Of a stretch of DNA of 64,000 bases, positions 62,805 to 64,000 are shown piece after piece. This DNA is from Eledone cirrhosa (lineage: Eukaryota), in contig OZ024744.1 in NCBI GenBank assembly GCA_964016885.1, forward strand, positions 103,788,001 through 103,852,000, given 5' to 3'. The first letter of the stretch is position 1; each line of letters starts with the position of its first letter. Under the pieces are notes generated by a model. That model searched no databases, was not told the origin of the DNA, and was given only the letters and a program-made list of their open reading frames with translations. Made by a program: the position numbers and the translations under genes.

Positions 62805-64000
62805 TTCAATTTATTGATAAACGTTTGCTCATCCAACAATAGGTCTGACTGGCAGAAATTGTTTTTGTTTCCTCTCATTTGTCTTCATGTGCACAATGCG
62901 AATTCGGGTTCCCTCACGTCCTCTCTCAAGCGGCAGTTCCAGCTGTTTGAGTCCACCCTAACCACGTCTCACATCAGTTCAACATCAAGCCCGGTGTCCC
63001 CAACGCTCAAGTGAGCGATCAATGCCAAATTCAGCAAATTTGACATTAAAGGGGCTGTCCGTCTCCTCTTTTCTCTGTCCTCCCTCGCTCTATGCAACTC
63101 TGACTCTCTTGAGCGACTGAAAGAGAAGCACCCATCGGCACACCCAGATGATCAGCTACACCGGCCCGAACCACCAGAATACTCAAGACCGGTTTACACT
63201 ACCGATATCATCAGAAAGGCGATTTCATCCTTCCCCGCTGGGTCAGGTGCAGGAATTGACGGCCTTCGTCCTCAACACCTCAAGGATGATATCTCCTTAT
63301 CGGACTTGAGCTCTTTGAGAGTCTGACTCAGTTTGTGAATCAGTTCTCTTCACTGAATGTTCTCCCGTTCATCCGCCCACTCTTCTTTGGTGCGAAGCTA
63401 TTTGGTCTCACTAAGCCCAACAGAGACCTGCACCCCATTACGGTTGGCTGCACCATTCGCCTCCTTACTGCAAAGGCATATTTGTTGTTGGTCTCCGACT
63501 CACTAGCAGAGGAATTTTCCCCCATCCAGCTGGGGGTGGGTACCAAGTTGGGATGTGAGGCTGTTGTCCACGCTACCAGAGCCTTTACCAACTTGCTCTC
63601 CATGTCCCTCAAGGTCATCCTTAAACTTGACCTGAGGAATGCTTTCAACTCCGTCAGCCGCGATGTCGTCCTCGGCTCAGTAAGAGAGAGGGTCCCACAA
63701 CTCTATCACTTTGCTTGGCAGGCTTATCGGTAGCCCTCCTACCTCTCTTTCGGTGACCAAATCATCACCTCTGCCTCAGGAGTCCAACAGGGTGACACAC
63801 TTGGGGCCGCTCTGTTTGCACTGGGCATTGACGACGTCACCAAGAGGGGGGTTGAGTTGGACCTCAATGTCTGGTACCTTGACGATGCTTGTTTGGGGGG
63901 AACTCCGGATATGGTTCTCGCCACTGCCAACAGGATGGTGGAGGAGCTTGGCCGCCGGGGTCTCTAGGTCAATAGCTCCAAATGTGAGCTCTGGATCCTC
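62805..64000 (+). mobile_element. CRE-clade non-LTR retrotransposon RT (pseudogenised, runs off the window)
   Basis: GIDGLRPQHLKD, PITVGCTIRLL, QLGVGTKLGCEAVVHA, KLDLRNAFNSVSR, GVQQGDTLG, WYLDDA, VNSSKCEL. In-frame TAG at 63731 and 63965. Confidence 0.88.

Overview
Repeat-saturated, AT-rich eukaryotic (metazoan) genomic DNA. The SINE/RTE families and (ATG)n tails look like those of an octopod cephalopod (inference, not verified). No intact host gene and no prokaryotic features are visible. The window holds: (1) a four-layer nest at 1-9.9 kb (RTE LINE > ~760-bp solo LTR > near full-length dead Ty3/Gypsy element > second solo LTR, each with a 4-bp TSD); (2) six large decayed RTE LINE copies whose RT carries an inserted C4HC3 PHD-like finger; (3) a Helitron remnant with Pif1 helicase plus non-autonomous Helitrons; (4) two Penelope-like remnants, one followed by a decayed minimal hammerhead ribozyme; (5) Tx1/L1-like, Rex3/Expander-like and CRE-clade LINE remnants; (6) many tRNA-derived SINEs and MITE/fold-backs; (7) several tandem arrays, notably a 13.7-kb palindrome-core (GTTATAAC) satellite that flips strand repeatedly and has a ~1.52-kb higher-order repeat, and a 59-bp minisatellite amplified from inside a SINE. 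Two small unique segments (14.7 kb minus strand, 21.0-21.4 kb plus strand) are candidate host exons. The long low-complexity ORFs in the track are repeat artefacts.
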